Assembly (NCBI GenBank): GCA_951406725.2
Contig: OX597822.1
Location: 99,386,001 to 99,450,000, forward strand
Source of the DNA: Octopus vulgaris
Taxonomy: Eukaryota
Length of the DNA stretch: 64,000 nt
Reading direction: 5' to 3'
Part shown: piece by piece, positions 25,429-38,092 of the stretch
Layout: each line of letters begins with the position of its first letter
How positions within the stretch are numbered: the first letter of the stretch is position 1
The notes under the pieces: generated by a model
Database searches by the model: none
Told to the model about the DNA's origin: nothing
Seen by the model: the letters and a program-made list of their open reading frames with translations, nothing else
Made by a program: the position numbers and the translations under genes

Positions 25429-26037
25429 TACGACAGGCTTCTTTCAGTTTCCGTCTACCAAATCTACTCACAAGGCATTGGTCGGCCCGGGGCTATAGCA
25501 GAAGACACTTCTGCTATATAATGATAATTATTTTGTTTTAAAACAAAGTCAGTATATTCCAAGAGAAGCATGGCAACAAAAGTATTAACTCCTTTGATAT
25601 CAACCGGCCTGAGGCTGCCCAAGATTCTGTGACACAAACTCCCTGCTTTAAAGTGATCTAAATGAAAACCTTCCAACAAAATTTCATGTTAATTATGTTC
25701 CAAACAGCAGCTTAATAATTCTTTCTAATTGTGGCACAAGGCCAGCAATTTTGAGGAGACAGGGACATTAATTACATCAAACCCTAGTACTTGACTGGTA
25801 TTTATTTTACTGACCACAAAAGAATGGAAGGCCAAGATGACCTCAGCAGAATTTGAGGTCAGAATATTTAGAACCAGAAGAAATGCAACTTAGATTTTTT
25901 CCCAATGCACTTTCAGCTTGCCACCTAACACAGCAGCTAAACAATATCAAATTATTTTACTAAATTCTTCATTATTTTTAGAATTAATCAAAACAACGAG
26001 GGTGCACTGCAACAGAAATATGGTAACAAAAGAGTTA
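24840..26037 (+). mobile_element. Head-to-tail cluster of P1-related MITEs with SINE B (25176-25512, minus) and an old SINE A inserted
   Basis: Repeated TTTATGTTCCAAACACCAGCTTAATA...CATGGCAACAAAAGTAyTAA units; ~70-bp near-identical block at 24924 and 25520. Confidence 0.6.
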
Positions 26038-26664
26038 AGGTTTGCTGGACAATCTTGTTATTAATTACAAGACATGAAGCTTTGTATTCCTTTCTTTTTC
26101 AGATTGAATAAAAAAATGTCTCTCCACTTTCTGCCTGAACTTTTTATCTCCACAGCATCTCTGCTTTACAAGTGGTTTGTCAGTCACTTCAGAGACAGGC
26201 TTCCTAACTCAGTACAGATACATTCAATTAAGGTTTGACATATTGGCTTTGTTAGACTTTTAAGAGAAGAAACCTGACTGCACATAACCATGTGATTGAC
26301 AAATTGCAAAGTTAGTTAAAGGTAGACAGGCAAATATGTTTATCTCTAATGTCATCAACAATAATACATCTTTGGAGCAGCAGCTGCCACTGCCATCTTT
26401 AACATTTTAGCATGCGGATTACTCTGTTGAATGTAATGCTTATTGATTCACATTGATTTGAATGAATCATGCATTATCTTATAGCTTTGCGATTTTGATG
26501 TGTGATTATTTTTAGAATGACATTGTAGGGTTGGTGTGAAAGGTTGAATTTGGCCAGTCTGAACATAATAAAAGGTAGAATATTTGGGCTGGGTATGACC
26601 AGTTTAAATGCTAAAGGGTACATGTTCATCTTCCATGCTGGCATGAGTTGGATGGTATGACAAG

Positions 26665-26894
26665 GCGGAGAGCTGGCAGAAATGTTAGCACACCGGGCGA
26701 AATGCTTAGCGGTATTTCGTCTGCCGCTACATTCTGAGTTCAAATTCCACCGAGGTCGACTTTGCCTTTCATCCTTTCGGGGTCGATTAAATAAGGACCA
26801 GTCACGCACTGGGGTCGATATAATCGACTTAATCCGTTTGTCTGTCCTTATTCATCCCCTCTATGTTTAGCCCCTTGTGGGTAGTAAAGAAATA
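26665..26894 (+). mobile_element. SINE family A inserted in an old RTE tail
   Basis: TSD GGTATGACAAG (26654-26664/26895-26905). Confidence 0.88.
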
Positions 26895-28165
26895 GGTATG
26901 ACAAGATCCCATGGGTTGGAAAACTGTGTCAGGTTTTAATGCTTGCTATGGGCATTGTTTCAACAGCTGTAAGTTGTTCTTAACCCCAACCACTTTACAA
27001 CATATACTAGGTGCCTTTTATTTGTGTCAGCAGCACTATTTAGGTTGTCATACAGCCTTCATTGTTAAGACTCCCTTCATTTGAGTGAGGTCATAGTAGG
27101 CAGCTTTAAGGGGGTGTGGCTTCCTATTTTCTTTTTAGATTTCAAATTAGACTTCATAAATATTTAATTCTTAATATCATCATCATCATCATTATAATCA
27201 TTTAATGTCCATTTTCCATGCAGGCATGAGTTAGTTTGAGAGGAACTGGCAACGCAGAAGACTTTGTCAAACCCCACTGTCTTCTTTGGCATAGTTTTTA
27301 CAGCTGGATGCCCTTCCTAACGCTAACCACTTTTGAGCATGGTACCAGCAGCCTTGTGGTCACCAAATAATTTACAAGACAAGACCCTTCAACTGTGGGA
27401 GGGAACAGTATCGAGGGAGGGAGAGAGAAGATGAGGAAACACTACACATTTGAGACAGACAGAGATTCTTTACTCTAAAACAAAATCTATCAGAATAGCT
27501 CCAAATTTAATATTCCATCTGAATCGTTATCACCTTCTTTCTATAACTCACTTAGTTTCAGCATATTCTGCAACGCTTCAAGCAAACTGCAACAGTTATT
27601 TTCTATAAAATTTCAATTCTGAGCAAAATATAAAAATGTAACAAATATGGAAATGTAAAATTAGAAAACGTTAATGATTTTATTCCATAAACAGAAGCGA
27701 AATATATACCCCCCACTCCCTTTAGCGATGAAACAAATTAAGCGATGGCTCCAATTAAATTGCTATTTTTTTTTTCTCTTAGTTTTCAGAAATTTGAACT
27801 ATACTTTTTAAACTCGTTTCAAACCAATTAACTCGAGATTCAAAAAAACAAAAAAAAAAGAGTTACTAATAAATTTGGAAGTATTAATCTGTGGACAATC
27901 AATGAAGACTGGTTTTTTTTGTGTTGTAGACTATAATCAGAATTCATACATGTACTCTTAAATCAGAAATGATTAAAGCAGTCCTGACAATGTTTAAAAG
28001 CAGAAATAAACTGGTAGCACCACATAAACAACTGATCAGATTAGCTGAATTGATTTGAATGTATTGCAATGCATTGGCCAGCAATAATAATGATAAAAAT
28101 AACCTACACATCTCCAGAGCTATCCACACATCTGTCTATATAACACACACATATGTATGTATGTA

Positions 28166-28202
<37 letters not shown>

Positions 28203-28211
28203 ATGTATGTA

Positions 28212-28437
28212 TGGCGAGCTGGCAGAAACGTTAGCACACCGGGCAAAATGCATAGCCATATTTCGTCTGTTGTTGCATTCTGAGTTCAAATTCTGCCGAG
28301 GTCGACTTTGCCTTTCATCCTTTCGGGGTCGATAAATTAAGTACCAGCTACACACTAGGGTCGATGTAATCGACTTAATTCGTTTGTCTGTCCTTGTTTG
28401 TCCCCTCTGTGTTTAGCCCCTTGTGGGTAGTAAAGAA

Positions 28438-28440
<3 letters not shown>
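28212..28440 (+). mobile_element. SINE family A
   Basis: Full-length copy between microsatellites. Confidence 0.85.
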
Positions 28441-28472
<32 letters not shown>

Positions 28473-28811
28473 TCGAAACACATAAATATAAATATATATA
28501 TCCACATACATACATATACACACACACACACACTAACATACATATGGTGGTAAGTTACAAGTGCATTTTTAGGTTTCTTCCAACCAACCAATTCAATGAT
28601 TTTACTAAGATTTGGTGTACAGGAAGTACCTGTGCAGATGAATAAATTTCAGTGGGTGTAGCTTGCACTGCACTACCCCCACCTATTGGCCCAAGAAGAC
28701 TTTCACTGGTGTGACATGGAAATTGACAAAACCAGGAACTTCCAAGGCCTCAGGTTTTATTTCAGAGAATTCCTTCTCCTCAGTAGATTATACCTATACA
28801 TACATGCATAC

Positions 28812-28844
<33 letters not shown>

Positions 28845-31800
28845 TATATATATATATGCGGCAGTGCTGTGCAGGTGGCACGTAAAAAGCACCCACTACA
28901 CTCGCGGAGTGGTTGGCATTAGGAAGGGCATCCAGCTGTAGAAACATTGCCAGATCAGACCGGAACCTGGTGCAGCCCCTGGCTTCCCAGACCCCGGTCG
29001 AACCGTCCAACCCGTACTAGCGTGGAAAACGGACGTTAAACGATGATGATGATGAAATACACAACTAAATCCATGCATATATATCTACGTATACATATAT
29101 TAATATACACCTATCTATCTATCAATCAATCAATCAATCTATCTATCTCACAAAAGAACCGAAAGCCACTAATCTTAGCAGTAAAGAAGGAACAGTATCT
29201 GGGTATTTATTAGAAATGTAGAAAATTACTTATTCTGTGCAGCCAAGACAAAAAAAAAAAAAAGAAAAGAAAAACAAAACAAACAACAGTGAAGCAAGAT
29301 AGATTAGTCGAATATACAGCTCCTAGTTATGTGATCAGAAGATGAATGGATGTTATACTTTGGCCGAATGCAACTGTAAATAGAATGTGTCACACAGAAA
29401 TATATTTCCTTTGCTGATTACAGTAATCTTTATAGGTAACTAGTTGGATGGTAAAAATTTGCAACAGGCTATGATCTATAACCACAAAAAAAGAAAGAAA
29501 AAAAAACCTATCCCAAATGATTATGCACAACAGCATATGTCAGAGAAATAAACCATCTCTAAGCAGCATAGAACTACCAAATTTTTTGGCATAGCCATAC
29601 TTAGATTTGTCAGGAAAATCACACAAAGGATTTGAAAGAAGTTAGTTTTAGAAAGTATGCACAAACACACAGCTGAAGATGAGTAGACTTTTTATATTTT
29701 TTGCATAGAAATCTCTCCTTTTTCTATAAGTGGTCAGAGGGAAGGAGTTTCAACTGAAATTAACTGCTTCAAAAAAAATCACTCAATTTTTTTGTGCAAT
29801 CAGACATGGTAAAATGCATACAGAGCAATAGAGGAAGAACTATTTTGTAAATGTAATAAACAATACAAGAGAGGAAAAACAAAAATTTTTAAATATACAA
29901 AGATGTATTTGAAACATTAAGCATCTCTGTATAAATGTGTATATTGTTGAAAGCACTATTCTATGGAAAATTTGGTTCAGAATTGTAAAAAAATCACAAA
30001 GTACAAGAAAAGTTCACTGACAAGATTCTATCGAATTTTCTTTTCTATTAATGATAATAATAATAATGATATATCTACTACTACTACTACTACATCACCA
30101 CCACCATCATCTTTTACTGTCTATCTTTCAAGCTGGTGTAGGTTGAGCAATGTGAGAGAATCCAGCTGTTCAAAGGTGAGTCATACTTCACAGTTTGCAC
30201 TGGTATGATTTCTACAACTAGATGCTGTTCCTAATACCAACCACTTTACAGAGAGTACTGGGTATTTTTTCATGACACCAACCTTCATGAAGTCACCATC
30301 TAGCTTGCAAGACTAAGATCCCCTTTGCCTGGGTGGGGACTACAGTAGAGAGGGAGGCAGCTTTTTGCTGGGAGACAAGAGTTTAAAGTATGAAGGAAAG
30401 GACTAGAAGAGAACAAGTTTCTTGCTGCAGAGGAGTTACATGACTACTCACAGTACAGAAGAGAAGACGGGAGTAACACCAGTGTGGGTGGAAAGAGTTA
30501 TAAATTCAAGTTAATGAATCTGAATTCTTCAAAAGATGTTGATTCCGAGTGACATATCCAATGAAAGCTAAATGTTATGAACTGAAATATCCAGTTAAAA
30601 ATAACTGCTAAAAATAGCTAACATATTGAGAAAGGAAAAATTAAACAAGAATTAAAACAGAACAGATTTGTAACAAATGTGAGATCTTTACCTACACAGG
30701 ATATAACCTTTAAACAAAGAGTTATCCAGTTATTCACTAAATTTGCCAGAAATTCAACTGGAAATGGAATACAAACTATTAAGAAAAGAAAAAAGGGGGG
30801 ATAGTACACACAAATACTAAGCGACTTTGTGAATGTCACCAGAAAGAGTATTGATATTAATTGCAGTCATACTTCATGCTCAGTGGCAGATTTGGAAATA
30901 GCAGTAAATCAATACTGTGGGGGAGGTAAAAAGCCGAGCATTATACACACAATTTACTTCTATATAAATTTCCTATTTGTGATACCTTGTCTGTTCTAAT
31001 AGTTTGTCTATGAATAACCAGATTCTAATGTTTTTCTTGATTTAGTTTAATTTGGTGGATAGTAATCTCTATATAATAAAAAGCTGATATAAATGTAGGT
31101 TGGTTGGCTGATTTTTGTTCCACCATACCTTTACATCAGATAGTGAGACAGAGAAAGAGAGTAAAATAAAAAGAGATGTGGAAAGAGCTAATATAAGAGA
31201 TGCAGGACGAATACACATACTGGCCTTGGTGGCAGACAATGAGTAACGGAATACCACCTACACCCACCAACACACACTCTGAGTAAGAGAGAAAGAATCA
31301 TAGATGAGGAGGAAGGAGCAAATGAGAGGAGTAATAGGAAGAGTTTAAATTTTGCAGAAACAGGTTTTGCAACAGAATAGACTGATTATGTTGCTAAAGT
31401 TTAGAAAAATAACATATATTTATTGCAAATATACAAACGAGAAATTCATTTTATTTAATTTTATTTCAAGGTAATAAATGTTTTTCTCTTGAAAATTAAT
31501 ATCCATTTCATCATTTTGTATAAATGCCAAGAAATTTGATAAAAGTTGAATTACAATTATTATAAGTATGCCTCATTTCCTGATATTACTCACTATGGTA
31601 AAAGTATAGTTTGGAAGTAACTTGTATGACATGTACACTCTAGTATCTGTAATAAATTGAACAACTTCCTTTTTATATCATTTTTAAAGAACCCACTATT
31701 TAACAGCTTTAAAATTCTGATGAATTACCTTAGTGAGTACAAGTGAACTTTCATTCACTTAATACTTCATTAAGTTTGGCTATGTGTTACCTCACTGTGC

Positions 31801-32075
31801 ACTCATCTTTGTTAATAAAAGAAAAACTATTATTGATTTCTGTAATTGACTATATGGAGACAAAAGATGAGAATAGTTTTCTTTAAAAATGTTTCAAAGA
31901 TTCAATTTCTTAAATTATTAAAAATTTCTCAGTTAAAAATCAAATGTTGCTTCTTTTATAAATTGTCTTAACTAGTCAACCATCATTTTCCTGTCTTTTC
32001 AAATGAAGTCTTCCACGTGAATCTTAACAATTCCAGTTATTAATAGAATCATTTTTAACATTTAACTATTAGTAT

Positions 32076-32120
32076 AATAGAGCTGGTATATTACCTGTCA
32101 GGTAAAATACCAGCTCTATT
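32076..32120. repeat. 45-bp near-perfect palindrome
   Basis: AATAGAGCTGGTATATTACCTG-T-CAGGTAAAATACCAGCTCTATT; 22-bp arms, 1 mismatch. Confidence 0.9.
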
Positions 32121-32226
32121 GGAAGCTAACATATGCTTACTTTTATGACATTACTCTTTCACTCATTTTAGACATTGCATTGTGGATCCACCTTGAAGAG
32201 TTTAGTCAATCATATCAACTCCAGTA

Positions 32227-32645
32227 TCATCATCATCATCATCATCATTGTTTAACATCCGCTTTCCATGCTAGCATGGGTTAGATGATTTGATTGAGGG
32301 CTGGCGAACCAGATGGCTGCACCAGACTCCAATCTTGATCTGGCAGAGTTTCTACAGCTGGATGCCCTTCCTAACGCCAACCACTCCGAGAGTGTAGTGG
32401 GTGCTTTTTACATGCCACCGGCACAGGGGCCAGTCAGGCGGTACTGGCAACGACCTCGCTCAAATCTTTTTACACATGCCACTGGCACAGGTACCTTTTA
32501 CGTGCCACTGGCACGGAAGCCAGTTAGCCACTCTGGCAACGATCACACTCGGATGGTGCTTTTAATACCCTACTAGTATGGGGCTCAAGTGCCAGTAAGG
32601 CAACGATCACACTCGAATGGTGCCTTTTATGTGCCACTGGCATGG
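32227..32645 (-). mobile_element. RTE 3' UTR fragment with repeat units
   Basis: (CAT)n plus GCTGGATGCCCTTCCTAACGCCAACCACTCC and repeated GGTGC(T)nACGTGCCAC motifs. Confidence 0.85.
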
Positions 32646-33391
32646 AACCAGGTTATATATTTTGAGTTTGTCATGTATTCTATTAGTCCCTGTTTTTGCC
32701 AAATAATGTGAGTTCTTTTATTTTTGTCAGCTTTTAAATCAGAGCTGATTTTTACCCATGAACACTCAAAAATTATGGAAACACTATTTAGGGTTATCTG
32801 CTACATTTATAATTCGAAAGTGAGCTAGTAAGCTTTTCCCTTACAAAGCAGTTTGATGAGAAGATTTGGTTGATAATTCTAGTCGGTCAAATAACAGCAT
32901 GAAAATGAACCGCATTAATTGGTAGTTTTATACCTTGCTTCCTGAATCAGAACAAAACACTTCTGCAAAGTCTTTCAACCACAGTAAATGTTTACCATAG
33001 CTTTTAGGCTTCTTTTTATGACTTCCTTAATACATTCCTCTGAATGGGAGATCTAATACAGAAGATCTTAAAAAGCACTCAGATCTGCTTAGGTTAATTG
33101 AAATCTACTTTAGTTCTAAGCTTCCATCAAAATTGTAGAAAATCTTTTTCAAGCAGAACTTCAAATAAATGCAGAGAAACTTTGACGAAATGAATATATT
33201 TTGAAGTCATTACCAAAAGGTTTTTACAAGAAAATCTATAAAGCATATATATATATTTTAGCTTACAGCCAAGTAAAAATGATTAAAAAACTAACAAACT
33301 TCTTAAATTTATAAAAATAAACCCTACAAAGATAGAAAAAAAAAAGAAGAAAGAAAAACACGCACACACACACACACACAGTAGCAACAGT

Positions 33392-33732
33392 GTGGAAGCA
33401 CTCCGTCGGTTCTGACGACAAGGGTTCCGGTTGATCCGATCAACAGAACAGCCTGCTCGTGAAATTAACGTGTAGTTCTCGGGGATATTCAACGTGACAC
33501 AGAGAGTGACAAGGCCGGCCCCTTGAAATACAGGTACAACAGAAACAGGAAGTAAGAGAAAGTTATGGTGAAAGAGTACAGCAGGGATCACCACCATCCC
33601 CTGCCGGAGCCTCGTGGTGCTTTTAGGTGTTTTCGCTCAATAAACACTCACAACGCCCGGTCTGGGAATCGAAACCGCGATCCTACGACCGCGAGTCCGC
33701 TGCCCTAACCACTGGGCCATTGCGCCTCCACT
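33392..33732 (-). mobile_element. SINE family C head with a different tail (tail type 2)
   Basis: Shares ~190-nt head with 4549/44412, then diverges; TSD GTAGCArCAGT. Confidence 0.85.
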
Positions 33733-34204
33733 GTAGCAGCAGTAGGATTTTAGTGTCCATTTTTCCTATCCTTGTAAGGGTTGGATGGGATTTTCTATGG
33801 TTGGTTGTCTTTCTTGTTACCATCTCTCACTTATTTCCAAGCATGGTAAAATTTCTCCATGGCCAGGCAAGTGTTCACAAAAGATTAGAAATGAGGAATA
33901 CCCATGACTGTGACATTTGTATGCACCTATCATGCAATATCAAGACAGGGGGACACAAACACACACACACCCATGCACACATGCATATATATAGGCATAC
34001 ATGCATATACATATACCTACACATGCATAAAACATGCATGCATATGTACATTCATACATACACAAACACATACACATGACAGGTTTCTTTCGGTTTCCTT
34101 CAACCAAATCCACTCACAAGGCTTTGGTTGGCCTTGGGTTATAGTAAAGGACATTTGCTCAATATCTAACAGCAGGCAATTTTCATTGAGAAGAAATACC
34201 TATG

Positions 34205-34450
34205 TATGTAACTATTTACGTCATTTACATTTGACGGATATTTGTCCTCATCTTGTTTATTGTTAACATGTTTTGGCTGATATACCCTCCAGCCTTCATC
34301 AGGTGTCTTGGGGAAATTTTGAACCTGGGTTCTCATTTCTAAGGTATTTTTCGATATTATTATTATTATTATTATTATTCAGATCACTGCTTAGAATTGA
34401 ATTCGGAATCTTGGGGTTAGTAGCCTGCACTCTTAACCACTATGCCATAT
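34205..34450 (-). mobile_element. tRNA-headed element containing a hammerhead ribozyme core (retrozyme-like)
   Basis: Minus strand: TGGCATAGTGGTTAAGAGTGCAGGCTACTAACCCCAAGATTCCGAATTCAATTC (A/B boxes), then (AAT)n, then GACAC-CTGATGA-A-GGCTG-gagggtatat-CAGCC-AAAAC-ATGTT. Confidence 0.6.
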
Positions 34451-35364
34451 AGAACTATATTACCTATGCATGTCAATGGAAATGAGTGCATACACACCTT
34501 TGCTTGCAAGATATTTTTCTATACTACATCCCCCAAATTATATATATATTCTACTATCAACAATTCAATAGTCTTAATTACTCAATCACAAATTCTAAAA
34601 AGTATTTTAAGATAAAAAGAAAAAAAAAAAAGATATTTAAGTCATATTTTGTAAAAGTGAATGCAATGACAAGATATATAACATCTAAGAATATATCTAT
34701 GAACACTCCACTGAATATAATTCTGAATGGAATTATTAATCGTATTTGGAATAAGCTAAAATAATAACATTATGGTTTAAATGAAGAATCTATAATAAAA
34801 CCAGGATGTATGGGAATATTGTAGATATACATCTATCTTTATTTGTGTGGTATTTGATAAAAAAAAAACATACAGGTGGGAACATTTTCCAACTGGGAAT
34901 CTAATGACATTATTTTCAGTACAAAAATTTCAACAGCTTAGATAAGATTTATGAAATTTACAGATGTCAATTCAAACAAAACTTATGAACAAAAGAGAAA
35001 AACACCCACTCACTCATTCATACACATATAAAATTTAAAACCTTACAAAATTAGTTATTTTAACCACCACCATCCATCATTATCAATATCAACTTTTCCA
35101 TGCTTGCATGGGTTAGATGGTACTTGCTGAGGCAGATTTTGTATGGTCAGATACACTTCCTTTCCTAACCTTCACCTGCTTTCAGGTAAGTTTATATTGA
35201 ACCCAAGCTGGACATATTTTCATAGAAGATTGGAAATGAAAAGTACCACATGCAAGAAGGTGACAATAATAAGACAAGGAGTCACAAATGCACACATACA
35301 TATACATGCATGTGTATACAAATACACACACACACACACACAATATATATTTTATTCTTTTCTC

Positions 35365-35961
35365 TTGAGGCAAGTGAAATCGAAATTGAATTCGAAATCG
35401 AACCAAATTCGACGACTGGCACCCATGCCAACCTCCCTTCATTGGACACTAAACTCTGCTTGCAAAGACCTGTTGGGGCAAGTAAAATCGAAATTGAACC
35501 AAATTCGATGACTGGCACCCATGCCAGTGGAGAACTAACAGCTCCATCAGAGCAGGACCACTGCCAGAACAGCTGTCTGGCTTCCATGCCGGTGGGCACG
35601 TAAAAAGCCCCATTTGAGCATGATCGTTACCAGAGTCGCCTTACTGGCACGTGAACAAAACATTTGAGCGAGGTCATTGCCAGTGCCACTGGACTGACTC
35701 CTGTGCAGGTGGCATGTAAAAAACACCATTTTGAGGGTGGCCGTTGCCAGTACTGCCAGACTGGTCCTCGTGCTGGTGGCATATAAAAGCACCCACTACA
35801 CTCTTGGAGTGGTTGGCGTTAGGAAGGGCATCCAGCTGTAGAAACTCTGCCAGATCAGATTAGAGCCTGGCGCAGCCATCTGGTTCGCCAGCCCTCAGTC
35901 AAATCGTCCAACCCAAGCTAGCATAGAAAGCGGATGTTAAACGATAATGATGATGATGATG
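35365..35961 (+). mobile_element. RTE 3' UTR fragment
   Basis: GAGGCAAGTGAAATC start, repeat units, (GAT)n tail. Confidence 0.85.
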
Positions 35962-36810
35962 AAGTATAGTATTAAGAATGACTTCAAAGGTTTGGTCAGC
36001 AAAGCCATCATCAAACTGCCAATACTATTCTTCTTAAAGCTTAATAAATTTAGACTCTCTTTTTTGATTAATGTAAAGCTGTTTTCATTATAAATTAACA
36101 TAAAAGCAAACAATCTGTATAAAACACGAATAAGAATGGAGACAATCACAGTTTTAATGGGTGATTACACCATTCATTACCATTGATTGTTTTTATTGTG
36201 CCAGAATATTTAGACACAGAAAGAACATGTATAAGATACCAGTCAAATTAATATATTCAAATATATATGCTAACACATTATCAAGGTAATCCAAAACGCG
36301 CTAAATTCAAAGTGAACTAAGAAAATGCTTTTAATAAACACATATGAAAAAAGTATTATGAAGAAATATATTATTCTAAGAAAAGTCAGTTTAGTATTTA
36401 ACTTTTTATGATGTCAGTAGATAACGAAAGAATAAAAAAAAAAAGACAAAGTTATATTTGTCTCATTTTATCTAAAGCCGTAAGACACCTGCTGTTATCC
36501 TGTTATTAACCATTCTTGTTTTTATTTTTGTTTTCATTTTTTGTATCTATATTCGTCTCTGTTTTGCGTTTACATTCGTTCCTTTTTCCAAGAAATCTAA
36601 TGCTCACAGCTTAGTTTTTCCTTGGGGCTGGCCGCGTTGGAGCAAATATCAGAATTAATCAGCCGAAATTTGCTATGATGATCCGGTTTCTGACTGAAGA
36701 TTAAAGGCTTCGAATGACCCGTCTGTTTTCTGTGTTCGTCCCTTTGTGTATTTCACGTTCTTGTTTCTTTATATATAAATTTTATTCCTATATATATATA
36801 TATATATAAT

Positions 36811-37204
36811 CAGGGATGTGCAGTCTAGGTAGGCAGTGCTTACCTTGAATAAAATAGATTGATAGCAACATTTTCCTTTTATGACAAAATATGCACCCAA
36901 TTCAATAAAATTATGATGGTTACTCTGATTACTATGCATAAAATGCAAAATATTTTATTCTTTTTGTAGATTAGGTAGGAATAATTCGCCCCTGCCTTTC
37001 AATCTCAGCATTAAAGCTACGCATAGTACTGCTGTAGTACACATGCTGCGTACACTCCTACAACATCGTTTTCTTAACGTCCTATAAAGGCAGAAGTAAA
37101 TCTGCCTAGAGCTCAGTTGCGTGCATGTGTTTCGTTTATTTTTTGTGTTTTACTACATATAGGTCACCAACTGCTTACTCTGATTAATTACTGACGGCAT
37201 GTGC

Positions 37205-37207
<3 letters not shown>
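36811..37207. mobile_element. hAT-like MITE in (TA)n
   Basis: Degenerate TIRs CAGGGATGTGCAGTC / GACGGCATGTGCCTG; differences partly explained by CpG decay. Confidence 0.4.
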
Positions 37208-37253
<46 letters not shown>

Positions 37254-37256
<3 letters not shown>

Positions 37257-37421
37257 TGGCTGTGTGGTAAGATGCTTGCTTCCCAACCACATGGTTCTAG
37301 GTTCCTAATAAAATCACATGGTTCTAGGTTCCGTCCCACTGCGTAGGTTTCTTCTGCTATAGCCTCAGGCGGACCAAATCCTTGTGAGTGGATTTAATAG
37401 ATGGAAATTGAAAGTAGCCTG

Positions 37422-37479
<58 letters not shown>

Positions 37480-37640
37480 TTTGTGTGTCAGTGTTTGTCC
37501 TCCTACCATCACTTGTCCCCATAGCTAAGCAGTTCAGCAAAAGAGACTGATACAAGAAGTACTAGGCTTACAGGGAATAAGTCTTGAAGTCAATTTGTTT
37601 GACTAAAGGTGGTGCTTTAGTAAAATAATAAAAGAATATA
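37254..37640 (+). mobile_element. SINE family B
   Basis: Head with a small internal duplication (CACATGGTTCTAGGTTCC x2), (TA)n, tail type 1. Confidence 0.8.
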
Positions 37641-38016
37641 TATACAGTCCTTAAGAACTGGAGCAATGTGAAATGAAGTGTTTTGCTCAAAAACACAACG
37701 CGTCGCCCGGTCCAAAGACTTCAACTGCAGGACAGTATGACCAGTTGAAGTGTGTGCAAAATCAGCAACAGTTGTTACATTAGTTACAAAATTGATTAAA
37801 TATTGATTCTGTTTTTCATTGCTGTTCTTTTAACTAACTTGGAAACAGGTGAGAACTGGTGATAGGACGGGCATCCAACAATAAAATAATCTACCAACTG
37901 ATTCTGTCTGAGCTACACAAGCATGAAAAGTGAATGCTAAAACAATAATAATGATGGTAGTTTTGTACATCGTTACGTATGTGGTGACCCTCCTTCATGC
38001 AACCAGGTGAAGTTTC

Positions 38017-38092
38017 AGTCATTCAGCAGCTATATAGCCATACACTGGCTACATAAGTGACCAGTGTATGGCTATATAGCTGCTGAATGACT
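38017..38092. repeat. Perfect 32-bp inverted repeat with 12-nt loop
   Basis: AGTCATTCAGCAGCTATATAGCCATACACTGG-ctacataagtga-CCAGTGTATGGCTATATAGCTGCTGAATGACT. Confidence 0.95.

Noticed and set aside
33640-33732. tRNA genes (also heads at 4549, 34450, 44412, 49761, 55724)
   Set aside because: A/B boxes are present, but there is no proper acceptor stem and each continues into a repeat body; these are SINE heads.
36470-36780. Additional hammerhead in a Penelope-like terminal repeat
   Set aside because: CTGACTGAAG...CTTCGAAT lacks canonical core spacing; cannot be supported without a consensus.
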